This document shows, one piece after another, positions 49,213-59,700 of a DNA stretch of 64,000 bases. Below the pieces are notes generated by a model. That model was not told the origin of the DNA and searched no databases. It was given only the letters and a program-made list of their open reading frames with translations. This stretch comes from Acidobacteriota bacterium (GTDB lineage: Bacteria; Acidobacteriota; Thermoanaerobaculia; Multivoradales; JAGPDF01), in contig JACTMI010000032.1 of assembly GCA_014584695.1 (NCBI GenBank), positions 105,265 through 169,264 of the forward strand, written 5' to 3'. A program made the position numbers and the translations under genes. The first letter of the stretch is position 1, and every line of letters starts with the position of its first letter.

Positions 49213-51276
49213 ATGAGAGCCGTGTGCCCGCGTAGGTCCAGTGCATGGGTACGGGCGGCGATGGCCGCCACGTGGATGACGATGGCCGCATCGCTCGCCG
49301 GCGCGCAGGCGCGCGAGCCGATCACCTACGAGCCGCCGACTTTCCAGTACGGCGAGGGCCGGATCTCGCTCCTGGAGTCGGTTCGATTGACGCTGCAGAA
49401 CGACCCCAAGCTCCTGCTCAAGGACGCCGACGCGCGGCTGCGCGAGGGCGTGGCGCAGGAGCTGCGCGGCGCTTTCGACTGGGTGCTCAAGGGCGAGATC
49501 GCCTGGGATCACCGGGAGCAGGAGCTGACCGACACGGCCCGCAAGACCGAGGTCGACAAGCGGCGCAAGGCCGAGGTCAACGAGCGCGACACCTGCAACG
49601 AGCGCGACCGTCAGCGCGAGATCCTGCAGACCCTGCGCGACGAGCTGGCCGGTGTCGACGACGGCGTCACGCTGGCGCCGCCGGACACTTCGCTCGCCAA
49701 GCAGCTCCAGTTCTTCGACATCCTGATCGCCCAGGCCCAGGATCCGGTGCTGCGCGACTCGATCATCGGCCAGAAGGTGAGCTTCCTGCAGACCGAAGTC
49801 GCGGCGCGCGAGGCCGTGGTCGCCAACCTGGAGCGCGGTTGCGTCCAGGCCGGAATCGACCGGGAGCGGCTGGGCCGGGCTCCCGAGTTCGAGTACTTCG
49901 AGCAAGCCAAGCTCGACCTGCGGGCGAGCCGGACCTTCCGCTCCGGCGTCGTGCTGACGCCGTTCTTGACCGGCCAGTACGACAAGACCCAGTTCGATGG
50001 CAAGCGCAACGGTCCCGAGGAGCAGATCTTCATCCTCGAGCGCAACGACGCGGGCCAACTGGTGGACGTGCCGCTCGAGACCAGCCTCGGGCCGGTGACT
50101 CGGACCATCGACTTCGGCGGCAAGGGGGTCAAGGACCTCTACCAGGCCTCGGTCGGCTTCGAGGTCAACGTGCCGATGCTGCGCGGTCGCGGCGCCGACG
50201 CGGTGGCCGCGCGCGAAGAGGCGGCGCTGCGCGACGCCGAGGCCGCGGGCCTGGCGGTCAAGCACACCGCGGCCGAGTCGGTGCTGCGGACCGCGACCGC
50301 GTACTGGACGCTGCTCGCGAGCCAGGAAAGGGTCCGGGTCCTCGCCAACGCGGTCGCGCTCGAGCAGCGCCTGGTCGAGATGACCCAGGCGCTGATCGAC
50401 GGCCAGGAGATGCCGCGCGCCGAGCTGCCCCGCGCCCTCGCGGCCGAGGCGAACGCCCGCTCGCAGCTCGAATCGGCCCGCCGCGAGCTGGTCAAAGCCC
50501 GCCTCGAGCTGGCGCTCGCGATGGGGGTCGGAGTGGAGTCGGAAGCCAACGCTCCCCTCGCCGAGGGCCCCTTCCCGATGGTCCCCAAGCCGGATGAGAT
50601 CTCGGCGCTGTCCGACCGGGGGCTCGCCCTCGCCGCGGTCGACCGGCGCTTCGATCGCCGCTCGGCCCTGGTGTCGAGCGAGGCGCGGCGGATCGAGACG
50701 CGCGGCGCGCTGCTCGACCAGAAGAGCAAGCTGGACCTCGGGATCACGGTGTCGAGCCGGGCGATCGGCGAGGACAGCCTGTCGAACGCCACCGACACCT
50801 GGGCCAATCCGAGCTGGCGGCTGAAGCTCACTACCGAGCACCCCTTCCGCAACAACGAGCGCGCCGGCCGCTATGCCCAGTCGGTGGCCCGGTTCGACCA
50901 GCAGACGATCCAGACCGGCGACCTGGACCGCAACATCAAGCTCAACGTGGTGCTCGCCCGCCGGTCGCTCGAAGAGGCGATCGCCCGCCACGACGCGGCG
51001 GTCGAGGCCGCCGAGCTCTTCCACCAGACGGTCGAGGCGGAGCTCGAGAAGCTCCGGCTCGGCTCCTCGACGCTGGTCGACGCCATCGTCACCGAGCAGC
51101 AGCAGACGCAGGCCAACCTCAGTCTCATCGCGGCCCAGCAGGAGGTCGCCACCCTGCTCGCCCGGCTCCGCTTCGAGACCGGGACGCTGGTCGACGACAC
51201 CGACGCGGGCTTCTACGTCGACGAGCCGCGGCTGATCTCGCTGCCGGTCGAAGCGGCGGCTGGAGGCGCCCTGTGA
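49213..51276 (+). CDS. TolC-family outer-membrane efflux protein 1
   Basis: AGGAGG RBS, signal peptide, two coiled-coil/beta-barrel repeats typical of the outer-membrane efflux family. Confidence 0.7.
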   Translation: MRAVCPRRSSAWVRAAMAATWMTMAASLAGAQAREPITYEPPTFQYGEGRISLLESVRLTLQNDPKLLLKDADARLREGVAQELRGAFDWVLKGEIAWDHREQELTDTARKTEVDKRRKAEVNERDTCNERDRQREILQTLRDELAGVDDGVTLAPPDTSLAKQLQFFDILIAQAQDPVLRDSIIGQKVSFLQTEVAAREAVVANLERGCVQAGIDRERLGRAPEFEYFEQAKLDLRASRTFRSGVVLTPFLTGQYDKTQFDGKRNGPEEQIFILERNDAGQLVDVPLETSLGPVTRTIDFGGKGVKDLYQASVGFEVNVPMLRGRGADAVAAREEAALRDAEAAGLAVKHTAAESVLRTATAYWTLLASQERVRVLANAVALEQRLVEMTQALIDGQEMPRAELPRALAAEANARSQLESARRELVKARLELALAMGVGVESEANAPLAEGPFPMVPKPDEISALSDRGLALAAVDRRFDRRSALVSSEARRIETRGALLDQKSKLDLGITVSSRAIGEDSLSNATDTWANPSWRLKLTTEHPFRNNERAGRYAQSVARFDQQTIQTGDLDRNIKLNVVLARRSLEEAIARHDAAVEAAELFHQTVEAELEKLRLGSSTLVDAIVTEQQQTQANLSLIAAQQEVATLLARLRFETGTLVDDTDAGFYVDEPRLISLPVEAAAGGAL

Positions 51277-53324
51277 GATCCCTTGCCGCCAACTTCCTGG
51301 CGGCGGGGGCGCTGCTCTTCGCGATCGAGCCGGCGCGAGCCCAGGTGCTCTCGGCGGCCGATGCGGTGAGCGAGACGCTCGCCCACGACCCCAGGGTCGC
51401 CCTCGCGCTGGCCCAGGTCGCGGAGCGCCGCGGCCAGTACCAGGAGTTCACCGGGACCTTCGACGGCGCCGTGTTCTTCAACAGCCAGGTCGACTACACG
51501 CGCCAGGGACTCGCCGGCGAGGTGCTCAAGGAGGAGACCAAGCGACGGGTGCAGCTCGAGCTCGTCGACCGCTTCTTCACCAACGCGGCGAACTCGATCA
51601 ACTCGATTCTCGATGGTGGCGATATCGACGAGACCAGCCTGCTGTTCATCGACACGGCGCAGCGCAATCTCAACGGCTGCTCGCCCACTCAGACCAAGGT
51701 GGAGATCGACCTCGGCCTGGACCTCGAGGGCAACGACCAGGGCACGGTCTTCCTCTGCCTGAACGCGGCCGAGAACTTCGGCGCGGTGCAGGCGATCGGC
51801 CTCGACCTGGCGAACCAGGGGACTCTGTCCACGGATTCGCTCCGCACGCTCTACTTCTTCAGCAAGCTGACCGGGCTCACCGGGCCGCTCGAGGACTTCC
51901 GGCGCGAGACCACGGCGCTGCTCAACGATCAGGGGCGGATCGCGCTGCGCATCGTCCGCCAGGTCGCCGACGGCGCGCGCTTCGCGCGCGCCCGGCTGGG
52001 CGACATGCCGGAGGAGCACGAGCTGATCGACTTCCAGAATCAGCTCGGCTACCGCCATCGCCTGCGCAACGGCATCGGCATCACGCCGACGCTCGAGCTG
52101 CGGGCCACCGAGGAGAACTTCGCCGGCAAGCTGCGCATCGTGCAGTTCGGCGATTCCACCAAGGCCAACCTGTTCACCGCCACGGCGCGCATCGCTTTCG
52201 ACATGCCGCTGGCGCGCAACCGCGGCGAGGCCGCGGTGCGGGCGTCGGAGCTGGCGGCGCAGGCGAACCTGCGGGCCGCCGAAGCGCTCGCGGTGCAGAC
52301 CGCTTCGGACCAGGCGCTCGAGACGCTCACCGCTTACTGGGAGCTGGCGGCGGCCGAGGAGCGGGTCGCCGTGCTCGAGCGTTCGCTGGCGCTCAAGACG
52401 GAGATCGACGGCGCGGTGCGCGACCTGATCGAAGGCCAGGAGCTGCCGGGGGTCGAGCGGCTCCGCAGCTCGGCGCGGGTCGCGGAGGCGCGCGGTCAGT
52501 TGGCGGCGGCGCGGCAGCAGGCCGCGACGGCACGGGTCGAGCTGGCGCGCGCGATGGGCGCCCGCGACGATCCGGGGGCGGAGGCCGGCTTGCGGACCGA
52601 GGGTCTCGCCGACTACGCGGCGCTGCCGCTGGTCGGCGGCGATGACGCGCGGCCGCTGGTGGCGGCCGCGATCGCGAGGCGCGCCGACATCGCCGCCAAC
52701 GACCGCTTCGTCGAAGCCAACCAGATTCTCGAGAAGGCGGCCCGGCTCAACCTGAAGCCGGACGTGACGCTGGCGCTGAACATCTCCTACTCCGGGTTCG
52801 AGGAGACGTTCGAAGAGCGCTACTACGACGTCGAGGGATTCTGGAAGGCCGCGTCGGGCAAGGTCGCGGGGCCGAGCTACGGCCTGGCGCTCCGGTTCAC
52901 CATACCGGTCGGCAACCACGAGGCCCGCGGGCGGCTGATGCAGGCGGAGTCGAAGACGGGGACGGCGCGCATCGATCGCGCCGACCTCGAACGGACCATC
53001 GCGCTCAAGGTCAACGAGGCGGCCGCGTCGCTCGACCGCTCGGCGCGCGAGCTCGAGGCGCGGCTCGCCCACCTGACGCACCAGCAGCGGACGGTGGACG
53101 ACAGCCTCGAGCGGCTGCGCGGCGGGGACCTCTCGGTGCTCGACGTGCTGACCAGCGAGGACCAGCTGACCGAAGCGAAGCTGGGCTGGATCGAGGCGGC
53201 GCGGGCCTACGCCGAGCTGCAGACCCGGTTGCGCTACGAGACCAACACGCTGCTCGCCGATTCGCCATTGGACGCGGATCCGCGGTCGCTGTCGCTGCGG
53301 CCGTTCACGGAGCCGGCGCTCTAG
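51273..53324 (+). CDS. TolC-family outer-membrane efflux protein 2
   Basis: Signal peptide and the same bipartite architecture. ATGA-coupled to TolC 1. Confidence 0.7.
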   Translation: MRSLAANFLAAGALLFAIEPARAQVLSAADAVSETLAHDPRVALALAQVAERRGQYQEFTGTFDGAVFFNSQVDYTRQGLAGEVLKEETKRRVQLELVDRFFTNAANSINSILDGGDIDETSLLFIDTAQRNLNGCSPTQTKVEIDLGLDLEGNDQGTVFLCLNAAENFGAVQAIGLDLANQGTLSTDSLRTLYFFSKLTGLTGPLEDFRRETTALLNDQGRIALRIVRQVADGARFARARLGDMPEEHELIDFQNQLGYRHRLRNGIGITPTLELRATEENFAGKLRIVQFGDSTKANLFTATARIAFDMPLARNRGEAAVRASELAAQANLRAAEALAVQTASDQALETLTAYWELAAAEERVAVLERSLALKTEIDGAVRDLIEGQELPGVERLRSSARVAEARGQLAAARQQAATARVELARAMGARDDPGAEAGLRTEGLADYAALPLVGGDDARPLVAAAIARRADIAANDRFVEANQILEKAARLNLKPDVTLALNISYSGFEETFEERYYDVEGFWKAASGKVAGPSYGLALRFTIPVGNHEARGRLMQAESKTGTARIDRADLERTIALKVNEAAASLDRSARELEARLAHLTHQQRTVDDSLERLRGGDLSVLDVLTSEDQLTEAKLGWIEAARAYAELQTRLRYETNTLLADSPLDADPRSLSLRPFTEPAL

Positions 53325-53354
53325 CGCGCCGGCGGCGGGGGAGGAGGCACGGTC

Positions 53355-54512
53355 ATGTTCGGCGGAGGTCCCGAGAAGCTGCTGCGCAAGGCGGCGATCG
53401 AGAAGATGTCGTCGCCGGAGCAGCTCGACATGGCGATGCGGGTGACCTCGCCGATGGGCTGGGTGGCGCTGTCGGCGATCGGGGTGGCCCTGGTCGCCGG
53501 CATCGTCTGGAGCATCGTCGGCCGCATTCCCGAGCAGGTCGACGCGCAGGGGGAGCTGCTGCGCGGGGATCGTGTCGGCGCGGTGACGGCGATCGCCTCG
53601 GGCCGGCTCAAGGACGTGGTCGTCCGCATGGGAGACAACATCGAGGTCGGCGATCTCGTGGCCCGGCTCGCGCTGCCGGACATCGAGGCGCAGATCGAGA
53701 AGGTGAAGGCGGACATCCAGGACCTGGAGGCCCGGCAGCGGGTGCAAAGCGGCGAGACCAGCGCCGTGGTCGCCGGCTACCGGTCCAAGCTCTCCGGGCT
53801 CTACGCGCAGCGCCGCAACATGCAGCAGCTGGTGGAGAAGGGGCTGCGCACGCAGAAGGACCTGCTGCAGATCGACGCCCAGATCGCCGACACGCAGGCC
53901 CAGATCGCCCAGACCCAGGGCGGCAGCGACCAGCGCGACCTCCAGGTCGACGACAAGCGGCGGGAGCTGATCCGGCTCGAGTCCCAGCTGGCCGCGACCT
54001 CGGAGCTGCGCTCCTCGGTACCCGGCAGGGTGGTCCAGATCCAGGTCGCGGCGGGGCAGCCGGTGCAAGCAGGAGATTCGGTCGTGCTGATCGAGGACGA
54101 GAGCCTGCCGCTGCACGCGCTGATCCTGATCCCGGGCGTGCAGGGCAAGCGGGTCGTTCCCGGCATGGAGGTCAAGGTCTCGCCGACCGACGTCAAGTCG
54201 GAAGACCACGGCTTCATGCTCGGCAAGGTGACTTCGGTCTCGGACAACGCCGTGGCGCCGCAGGAGCTCGACCGGATTCTCAACAACCAGGCGAAGACCC
54301 AGAAGTACATGGAGCAGGCCCCTTTCATCGCCTTCGCGGACCTGATTCCGGATCCGGCCCCCGGCAACGTCTCCGGCTTCAAGTGGACCTCCGCTCTCGG
54401 CCCGCCGAAGCGAATCACCAGCGGCACGCCCTGCGTCTTCCAGGTGATCGTCGACGAGCGCCGGCCGATCTCCTACGTCGTCCCGATGGTCAAGAAGACG
54501 CTGGGAATCTGA
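53355..54512 (+). CDS. HlyD-family periplasmic adaptor (NHLP-bacteriocin secretion type)
   Basis: GGAGGAGG RBS, N-terminal transmembrane anchor, long coiled-coil, C-terminal beta-domain. Confidence 0.8.
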   Translation: MFGGGPEKLLRKAAIEKMSSPEQLDMAMRVTSPMGWVALSAIGVALVAGIVWSIVGRIPEQVDAQGELLRGDRVGAVTAIASGRLKDVVVRMGDNIEVGDLVARLALPDIEAQIEKVKADIQDLEARQRVQSGETSAVVAGYRSKLSGLYAQRRNMQQLVEKGLRTQKDLLQIDAQIADTQAQIAQTQGGSDQRDLQVDDKRRELIRLESQLAATSELRSSVPGRVVQIQVAAGQPVQAGDSVVLIEDESLPLHALILIPGVQGKRVVPGMEVKVSPTDVKSEDHGFMLGKVTSVSDNAVAPQELDRILNNQAKTQKYMEQAPFIAFADLIPDPAPGNVSGFKWTSALGPPKRITSGTPCVFQVIVDERRPISYVVPMVKKTLGI

Positions 54513-54525
54513 GCCCGCGCCGCGC

Positions 54526-56736
54526 GTGAGCAACCCCGCCGCCCCGCCCGCCGCCGAGAGCGAGGCCCAGCCCAAGCCGAGCGGTCCGCCCAGCCGGCGG
54601 GTCAAGGTCCCGACCGTCATCCAGATGGAGGGCGTCGAGTGCGGCGCCGCTTCGCTGGCGATGATCCTCGCCTACTTCGGCCGCATCGCGCCGCTGGAGG
54701 AGCTGCGGGTCGAGTGCGGCGTTTCGCGCGACGGCTCCAAGGCTTCCAACCTCCTGAAGGCGGCGCGCAAGTACGGCCTGGAGTCGAAGGGCTTTAAGTA
54801 CGAGATCGAGCAGCTCTTCCCGCTCAAGTTCCCCTGCATCCTGTTCTGGAACGCCAACCACTTCCTGGTGCTCGAGGGCTTCCGGGGTGGCAAGGTCTAT
54901 CTGAACGACCCGGCGCAGGGGCCGCGCGTCATCACCATGGAGGAGTTCGACGCCGGCTTTTCGGGCGTCGTGCTGACTTTCGAGAAGGGGGCGGACTTCC
55001 AGCCCGGCGGCGACAAGCCGAGCATGTACCACGCGCTCCGGCGGCGCCTGGTCGGTTCCGAGGTGGCGCTGCTGTTCGTCCTGCTCTGCGGCCTGTTCCT
55101 GGTCGTGCCCGGACTGGTCATCCCGACGTTCTCGCGCATCTTCGTCGACGAGTATCTCGGCGCCGGCCGTGATTCGATCATCCGCCCGCTGCTGCTGGGC
55201 ATGGGGATCACCGCGCTCCTGAACATGGCGCTGACCGGGCTGCAGCAGCACTCCCTGCTGCGGCTGGAGACCCGTCTGGCGCTCAAGACCTCGGCGCAGT
55301 TCTTCACCCACGTGCTGCGCCTGCCGATCAACTACTTCGCGCAGCGCTTCGCCGGCGAGATCGGCTCGCGCGTGGCGATCAACGACAAGGTGGCGACGAT
55401 GGTCGGCGGCAAGCTCGCCACCACCGTCATCGACTGCATCCTGGTCGTCTTCTACGGCGCGTTGATGTTCCTGTACGACGGCATCCTGACCTCGGTCGTG
55501 ATCGCCCTGGCGTTGGCCAACATCGTGGCGATGAAGCTGGTCCAACGGGTCCGCACCGACGCTTCCCGGAGGCTGCAGGCGGACAAGGGCAAGCTGGTCG
55601 GCACCGCGATGTACGGCTTGAGGATGATCGAGACGCTCAAGGCGACCGGCTCCGAGCCCGAGTTCTTCGCCCGCTGGTCCGGCTACCAGGCCAAGTCGCT
55701 GCGCGCGCAGCAGGAGCTGCAACTCCTCTCCGAGATGATCAATGTGGTGCCGCAGCTGGTGACGACGCTGATCTCGGCGGTGGTCCTGCTGCTGGGCGGC
55801 CTGCGGGTGATGGACGGCGCGCTCACGGTCGGCATGCTGGTGGCCTACCAGACCCTGTCGGGGAACTTCACCAAGCCGCTCTCGAACCTGGTCAACTTCG
55901 GCGGTTCCTTGCAGGAGCTCGAAGCGGACATGAACCGCCTCGACGACGTGCTTCGCTACCCGCAGGACAAGACCTACGAGCGGGAGGACGTCGGCCGCGA
56001 GGACCGCCGGCTCAAGCTGCAGGGCAAGGTCGAGCTGCGCAACGTGACCTTCGGCTACAGCCCGCTCGAGAAGCCGCTGATCGAGGACTTCAACCTGGTC
56101 ATCCAGCCCGGCCAGCGGGTGGCGCTGGTCGGCGCCTCGGGCAGCGGCAAGTCGACGGTGGCCAAGGTCGTCTCCGGCCTCTACGAACCCTGGCGTGGCG
56201 AGGTGCTGTTCGACGACGTGGCCAGGACTCAGCTGCCGCGCCGCCTGCTCACCAACTCCCTGGGCATGGTCGACCAGGACATCTTCATGTTCGACGGCAC
56301 CATCCAGGAGAACGTGACGATGTGGGACGGCACCATCCCGCTCACCGCGGTGTCGACGGCGGCGCGCGACGCCGCCATCGACGAGGTGATCGAGACCCGC
56401 GAGGGGGCGTATGGCGCCAACGTGACCGAAGGCGGCTCGAACTTCAGCGGCGGGCAGCGCCAGCGGCTCGAGATCGCCCGCGCGCTGGTCGGCGGGCCGA
56501 CGGTGCTGATCCTCGACGAGGCGACGAGCGCGCTCGATCCGGCGACCGAGGTGGTGATCGACGACTCGACGCGGCGACGCGGCTGCACCACGATCATCAT
56601 CGCGCACCGCCTGTCGACGATCCGCGACTCCGACGAGATCATCGTCCTCGAGCGCGGCAAGATCGTCCAGCGCGGCACCCACGAAGAGATGAAGGACCAG
56701 GATGGCCCCTATGCCCGGCTCATCGGCGCCCACTAG
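54526..56736 (+). CDS. ABC exporter with N-terminal C39 bacteriocin-processing peptidase domain
   Basis: C39 catalytic Cys in VPTVIQMEGVECGAASLAMILAYFG, 6-TM domain, Walker A GASGSGKST, signature FSGGQRQRL. Confidence 0.85.
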   Translation: MSNPAAPPAAESEAQPKPSGPPSRRVKVPTVIQMEGVECGAASLAMILAYFGRIAPLEELRVECGVSRDGSKASNLLKAARKYGLESKGFKYEIEQLFPLKFPCILFWNANHFLVLEGFRGGKVYLNDPAQGPRVITMEEFDAGFSGVVLTFEKGADFQPGGDKPSMYHALRRRLVGSEVALLFVLLCGLFLVVPGLVIPTFSRIFVDEYLGAGRDSIIRPLLLGMGITALLNMALTGLQQHSLLRLETRLALKTSAQFFTHVLRLPINYFAQRFAGEIGSRVAINDKVATMVGGKLATTVIDCILVVFYGALMFLYDGILTSVVIALALANIVAMKLVQRVRTDASRRLQADKGKLVGTAMYGLRMIETLKATGSEPEFFARWSGYQAKSLRAQQELQLLSEMINVVPQLVTTLISAVVLLLGGLRVMDGALTVGMLVAYQTLSGNFTKPLSNLVNFGGSLQELEADMNRLDDVLRYPQDKTYEREDVGREDRRLKLQGKVELRNVTFGYSPLEKPLIEDFNLVIQPGQRVALVGASGSGKSTVAKVVSGLYEPWRGEVLFDDVARTQLPRRLLTNSLGMVDQDIFMFDGTIQENVTMWDGTIPLTAVSTAARDAAIDEVIETREGAYGANVTEGGSNFSGGQRQRLEIARALVGGPTVLILDEATSALDPATEVVIDDSTRRRGCTTIIIAHRLSTIRDSDEIIVLERGKIVQRGTHEEMKDQDGPYARLIGAH

Positions 56737-59700
56737 CGCGCGCGGCGCGCTCAAGCTGCGCGTCGTCGCGTCGTCGCTCGCCGAGCTGATCGGTCGCGAG
56801 ATCGCCGTCGACCGCGCACCGATGGTGCTGGGCCGGGCCGACGACTGCGACGTGGTGATCGCGGTGCCGAGCGTCTCCCGGCGGCACGCGCAGATCGAGC
56901 GCGTGGGCGAGGATTTCGTCGTCCGCGATGCCGGCAGCGCCAACGGCCTGGTGGTGGCCGGGCAGCGGGTGATGGAGGCGCGCCTGGAGCCGGGCGTCTC
57001 CTTCGCGCTCGGGGACACACACTTCGAGGTCTTCGCCGAGATGCCGCCGGTGCCGCAAGTGCCGGACGTGCCGGCGGCGGCGCTGCCTTTCGCCGTCGAC
57101 CGCACCGCGGCGATCGCTAATCTGTCGGAGATCATCGCCCAGATCGAGCGGCCGCAGCCGCTCGAGGAGCTGGGCGAGCGCATCGTCACCGCCGCCAACA
57201 AGCCGTTCGTGCTCGACGACCCGGAGGTCGCCTGGATCGTCGAGTCGGGCAAGCTCGAGATCTTCACCGTCTCGATCGAGAAGGGCCAGCCGGTCGGTGC
57301 CCGCGACCATTTCCTGACCGTCGAGCCCGGCCAGGCGCTGTTCGGTTTCGACACCGAGCGCTACGGCATGGGGTCGGGCTTCCTGGTGGTCGGCAAGGCC
57401 GGCTCGGTGCTCCGGCGCTTCGATCTGGCACGACTGCTCGACCTGGCCTCGGTGCCCGCGCACGGGCAGCGGATCGGCAAGCTCCTCGACACCTGGATCG
57501 AGGGGCTGTCGCGACGGCTGACGCACGATCTCCCGCGGGTGCCGACGGCCGACCTGATTCTGGAGCGGGGCGCGTCGATGCCCTGGCAGGCCGGACAGAA
57601 GGCCTCGCCGGGGCACGTGGTGCTGTGGGTCGAGCTGCCGGCGGAGCGGTTGCTGTTCGACGGCATGGCGAGCCTCGGTCGCGACCTCGAGGGAGTGCTC
57701 TTTCCGCTCGGACCGACCTGTTGGCTGGAGCTGTTGTCGAGCGAGCACGAGCTCGCGGTGACGCCGCGCGGCGCCGGTGAGTCGGCCGCGGATCCGCGGT
57801 TGTGGGCGGGTCTCGACGTCTTCCACCGCGTGCTCTGCGAGTGCGAGTTCGTCAACAAGAAGCTCGCCTTCGTCGACGAGTTCCAGCGCCTGCAGCGCAA
57901 GGCCGAGCAGGTCGAGCAGGCGCAGGAGAGCGCCTACGCGGCGATCGGCTCGGTGCTCGGCGGTACCGGAGTCTGGATGCGGCCGAGCTCGCTCGGCGTC
58001 GACTCCGGCCCCATCCTCAAGGCCTGCGCGGTGGTCGGCGATGCGCTCGGCATCCAGGTCCGCCCCCATCCCGACGCGCGCGACGAACAGAGCTTCGAGG
58101 ACGCCCTCGGCGGCATCGCCGCCGCGTCACGGTTCAGGACGCGGCGGGTGACGCTGCTCGACGACTGGTGGAATCACGACCAGGGCCCCTTCCTCGGCCA
58201 GCGGGCGGAGACGAAGACTCCGGTGGCGATCGTCCCGACCAGTCCCCGCTCCTACATGCTGGTCGATCCGATCTCGGGCGAACGGGTGCCGATCGACGAG
58301 GAGGTCGCGCGCGGCCTCGAGCCGTTCGCGTGGACGTTCTACCGCTCGTTCCCGCCGGGCGCCCTCAAGGCGCTGGACCTGGTCAAGTTCGGCGCCCGCG
58401 GCCTCAAGGCGGAGTTCCGGACCATCGCGATCATGGGCGCGGCCGTGGGCATGCTGGGCACGCTGACGCCGATGATCTCGGGCAAGGTCTTCGACATCGC
58501 GATCCCGCAGGCGGAGCGGGGGCTGCTCTGGCAGTTCACTCTCGGCCTGGCGCTTTCGGCCTTCTGCTCGGCGGCGTTCAAGATCACGCAGAACATCTCG
58601 TTGATGCGCGTCCAGGGCAAGATGGACTACTCGATCCAGTCGGCGGTCTGGGACCGGCTGATCGACCTGCCGATGGATTTCTTCCGCAAGTACAACTCGG
58701 GCGACCTCGCCGACCGCGCCGCCGGCGTCGACCAGATCCGGTCGATCGTCTCCGGCGCGGGCGTGGCCGCGGTCCTGGGATCGCTGTCGTCGCTGTTCAA
58801 CGCCGCCCAGATGGTGACCTACAGCTTCCAGCTGGCGCTGACGGCGATGGCGCTGACGCTCGTCTACGTCGGGGTCTCCTGGCTGGTCAACTACCTGCAG
58901 TTACGCCACCAGCGCAAGGAGTTCGCGCTGCGCGGCAAGATCAGCGGGCTCGTCCTGCAGCTGATCGGCGGCGTGGCGAAGCTGCGCGTGGCCGGCGCCG
59001 AGGGACACGCCTTCAAGATGTGGGCGACGCGCTTCGCCGAGCAGCGGCGGATCAGCTTCAAGATCGGCGGCATCCAGAACGTCCATCAGATCTTCACCTC
59101 CGGCTACCCGGTGTTGTCGAACATGGCGATCTTCTTCGTCATGTTCACCCTGCGCCAGGGCGCGCTGGAGCGCGGCGAGCAGTTCGACATGACCACCGGC
59201 GACTTCCTGGCCTTCTCGGCGGCGTTCGGCATCTTCACCTCGGCGATGCAAGGGCTGGGCGACGCCTCGCTGTCGATGCTGCGGATCGTGCCGGTGTTCG
59301 AGCGCTTGAAGCCGATTTTGACCACCGAGCCCGAGGTGGACCCCTCGAAGTCCTACCCCGGCCAGCTCAAGGGCGAGATCGAGCTGTCGCACATCTGGTT
59401 CCGCTACTCGGAGGACTCGCCCTGGATCGTCCGCGACCTGTCGCTCAAGATCAAGCCCGGCCAGATGGTGGCCTTCGTCGGCGGTTCGGGCTGCGGCAAG
59501 TCGACGCTGCTCAAGATCATGCTGGGCTTCGAGAAGCCGCAGAAGGGCTCGGCCTACTTCGATGGGCAGGACCTCGCGACGCTCGACTTGCGCATGGTCC
59601 GGCAGCAGCTGGGCGTCGTGCTGCAGGATTCCCGGCTGCTGCCGGCGGACATCTTCCGCAACATCGCCGGCGCCACCTCGCGGACCGTCGACGATGCCTG

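Noticed and set aside
48010-54620. Long - strand ORFs (48010-51024, 51213-54620, 54490-57354) across the GNAT, TolC, HlyD and ABC genes
   Set aside because: All are antisense to + strand genes with clear domain signatures and coupled start/stop overlaps. They are high-GC artefacts.
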